From the NCBI RefSeq assembly GCF_011386835.1, contig NC_088793.1, positions 163,246,001 to 163,310,000 on the forward strand: a stretch of 64,000 nt of DNA. Direction: 5' to 3'. The notes below the pieces were generated by a model. That model did not search any database and was not told the DNA's origin. It saw only the letters and a list, made by a program, of their open reading frames with translations. Source of the DNA: Chrysemys picta bellii. Lineage: Eukaryota. Below are positions 62,144 to 64,000 of this stretch, piece by piece (position 1 is the stretch's first letter; each line of letters opens with the position of its first letter). The position numbers and the translations under genes were made by a program.

Positions 62144-62569
62144 TGCGCTGCCAGAGTTTGAATTTTGCAGTGTAGCTATAAAGACCCTTGTACTGAAAAG
62201 GGTGTAAAAGGTGTCTTTCCCCGAGAAATGTTATTGATAATAAATCTCCTTTTGGGCAGCCTGGTGAATCCTCTACCTATAAATCTGCCCGTGTGTGTGT
62301 GTGTGTGTGTGTGTGATGCTAATTTCAGTGGTTCTTATGCATTAATCCTGCAACCTGTGAGTAAGAACTGCAGGATTTGTTCTCAAGCAGTCTTTAAAGA
62401 TGGATATTGGCTACCACTAAGAAGTGAAATCACCTACTTCACCTTCCTCATAATATTACACAACATTTTGGTATTACGAGATTGGATTTTTTTCTAATTT
62501 TTAAACGTTATATTTATTTGGTTATACAATGCTGCATCTTATTTTCACTTTTTATGCATGTTTATATCT

Positions 62570-62680
62570 TTGGGGCAAGAACTATGTGTTTGCAGTGCCT
62601 TGCACAGTGGGCAGTGGTCTTGATTTGGGGATTCTGGACACTGCTGTAATATTTATATTAAATAAAAATAATATATCTTG
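62570..62680 (+). mobile_element. L2-type 3' tail fragment
   Basis: tctttggggcaaga...gcagtgccttgcacagtggg...cactgctgtaata..aaataaaaata. Confidence 0.45.
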
Positions 62681-64000
62681 ATGTCCTCAAATCCACTTGA
62701 ACTCAAGATGAGCTTAAAAATCCAGGGTCTGATTCAGGAGAATTCAGTCCCATCTGGTTCGTGGGTAGCAGGTGTGTGTGAGTTTGTACACACATGTGTG
62801 GTGGGTTGACGATTACAGGGACTTTTGCTTTACACGTAAAGATTTAATTCTGATTTAATACTGTGGTTTCAGGCTCTCTGGTTGCAGCTTAAGTTCCTCT
62901 TTAAGGGCCAAAATCTACTATTTGTCTCCATATCTAGACAAAATAATTGTGTTGGCAAATGGCAGGAGCAATTAAGTGTACACCATTATGAAGAAATAAA
63001 GGTTCTAGGCCTTAAGATTTGACTTGATTTCTAATTCTACCCAGTCATCTCTCTATATGGGTATATGATTCTGAGACTTGAAGAATGTGTATGTTACAGA
63101 GATCAGGGGTATATAAAAGACAGGAAGATGTTTCATGTGGACTTTAGTGTGCAGATCTATTGTGTTATCGCACAGCAGCATAGTGAGAATTTCTTCTATT
63201 TATTTTTATACTATGGGCAGAATATTTGTAATTTCATCTTCATCGTCAGCAGGTGGTAAAAGAATAGTCACACTTTTTTTTTTTTTATCATTCTGATTTG
63301 GTACAAGGAAGGAATTTTGTCATTTTAAACAGCACCTTAGAAAAGTAAGTAAATCTAATAAACATAGCAAGAAGCATGACCACATTAACCCACTGGTTCC
63401 CTGTTCATTTCTTGTATTTCGTATAACCTTCATACATTTGTTCCCAGCCATCAGTATGGACCCTTTCTTTCTTTCTTCTTTTCTTTTTCTCCTCCATCTG
63501 CTCAATTTACATCAGCCTCCTGGTCTGCTTCTTCCTATCATCTGTATGTTTAGCAAGTTTAAGAACTTCCTCCACAACTTCTAGCATTGGGGGAACAGAT
63601 TTCCTGTGTGTCTCTTTCAGTGATTCCATCTCTTTTAAAAAGGTTTACACTTTTATTTTTCTGTTTGTTTTTGCCACTGTATAATTTCAGTTTGTAAAGT
63701 GGTGTGTGTGTGTGGGGGGGGGAGGGTAAAGTTTGTATGTTGCACAAAATAAAAGGTAATAAAAAAAGCCCCCACATGCTTTCCATATCCTATCTCTATC
63801 TATATATAATTCTACCTCATGCAGTTTTCCTGGAGAACTGGGGTATGTTTGTAAGGAAGAGTGGATGAGGATGGAGGCTGCATTGTAAGGGAAAGTCTGT
63901 CTGTTTGGCAGAGTGAGCAATAAAGTGTTTATCTGGACATCTCTTTAAGGACTCCTCCTTTTATTTGTTTGCCTTACAAAGGTGAATGGGGAAGGCATCC

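Noticed and set aside
63960-64000. Possible acceptor AAAG|GTGAATG with ATG (MGKAS..)
   Set aside because: Non-YAG acceptor, truncated by the window end, and too short to identify
1-64000. CRISPR arrays, rRNA genes, prokaryotic operons
   Set aside because: No regularly spaced repeat-spacer array or rRNA sequence was seen; the window is vertebrate non-coding DNA

Overview
AT-rich, repeat-dense vertebrate genomic DNA. The repeat complement (MIR-like CORE-SINEs, CR1 and L2 fragments, Penelope termini, hAT and Harbinger MITEs) looks reptilian, most likely turtle; this is an inference from recalled repeat motifs. I found no protein-coding exon I can assign to a known gene, and most listed ORFs are chance ORFs in repeats. 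Main observations: (1) a decayed, roughly 3.4 kb minus-strand tyrosine-recombinase retrotransposon (Ngaro-like) at about 45.8-49.3 kb, with remnants of RT, RNase H, YR and an SGNH hydrolase in collinear order; (2) three short, TSD-flanked Penelope-type terminal insertions (13.9, 20.9 and 61.0 kb) that carry hammerhead-ribozyme sequence; (3) many MITEs with TIRs and 8-bp or TWA-type TSDs, several nested; (4) an LTR-like element whose first 45 bp recur near its end; (5) CpG-rich islands (0.4-3.8 kb, 21.7-22.9 kb), an AP-1/CRE/TATA promoter at 62.0-62.1 kb, and several well-formed + strand splice-site pairs, suggesting an unidentified multi-promoter transcript with non-coding 5' exons. There is a 181-N assembly gap at 34363-34543. 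Family names come from recalled motifs, not from database searches.
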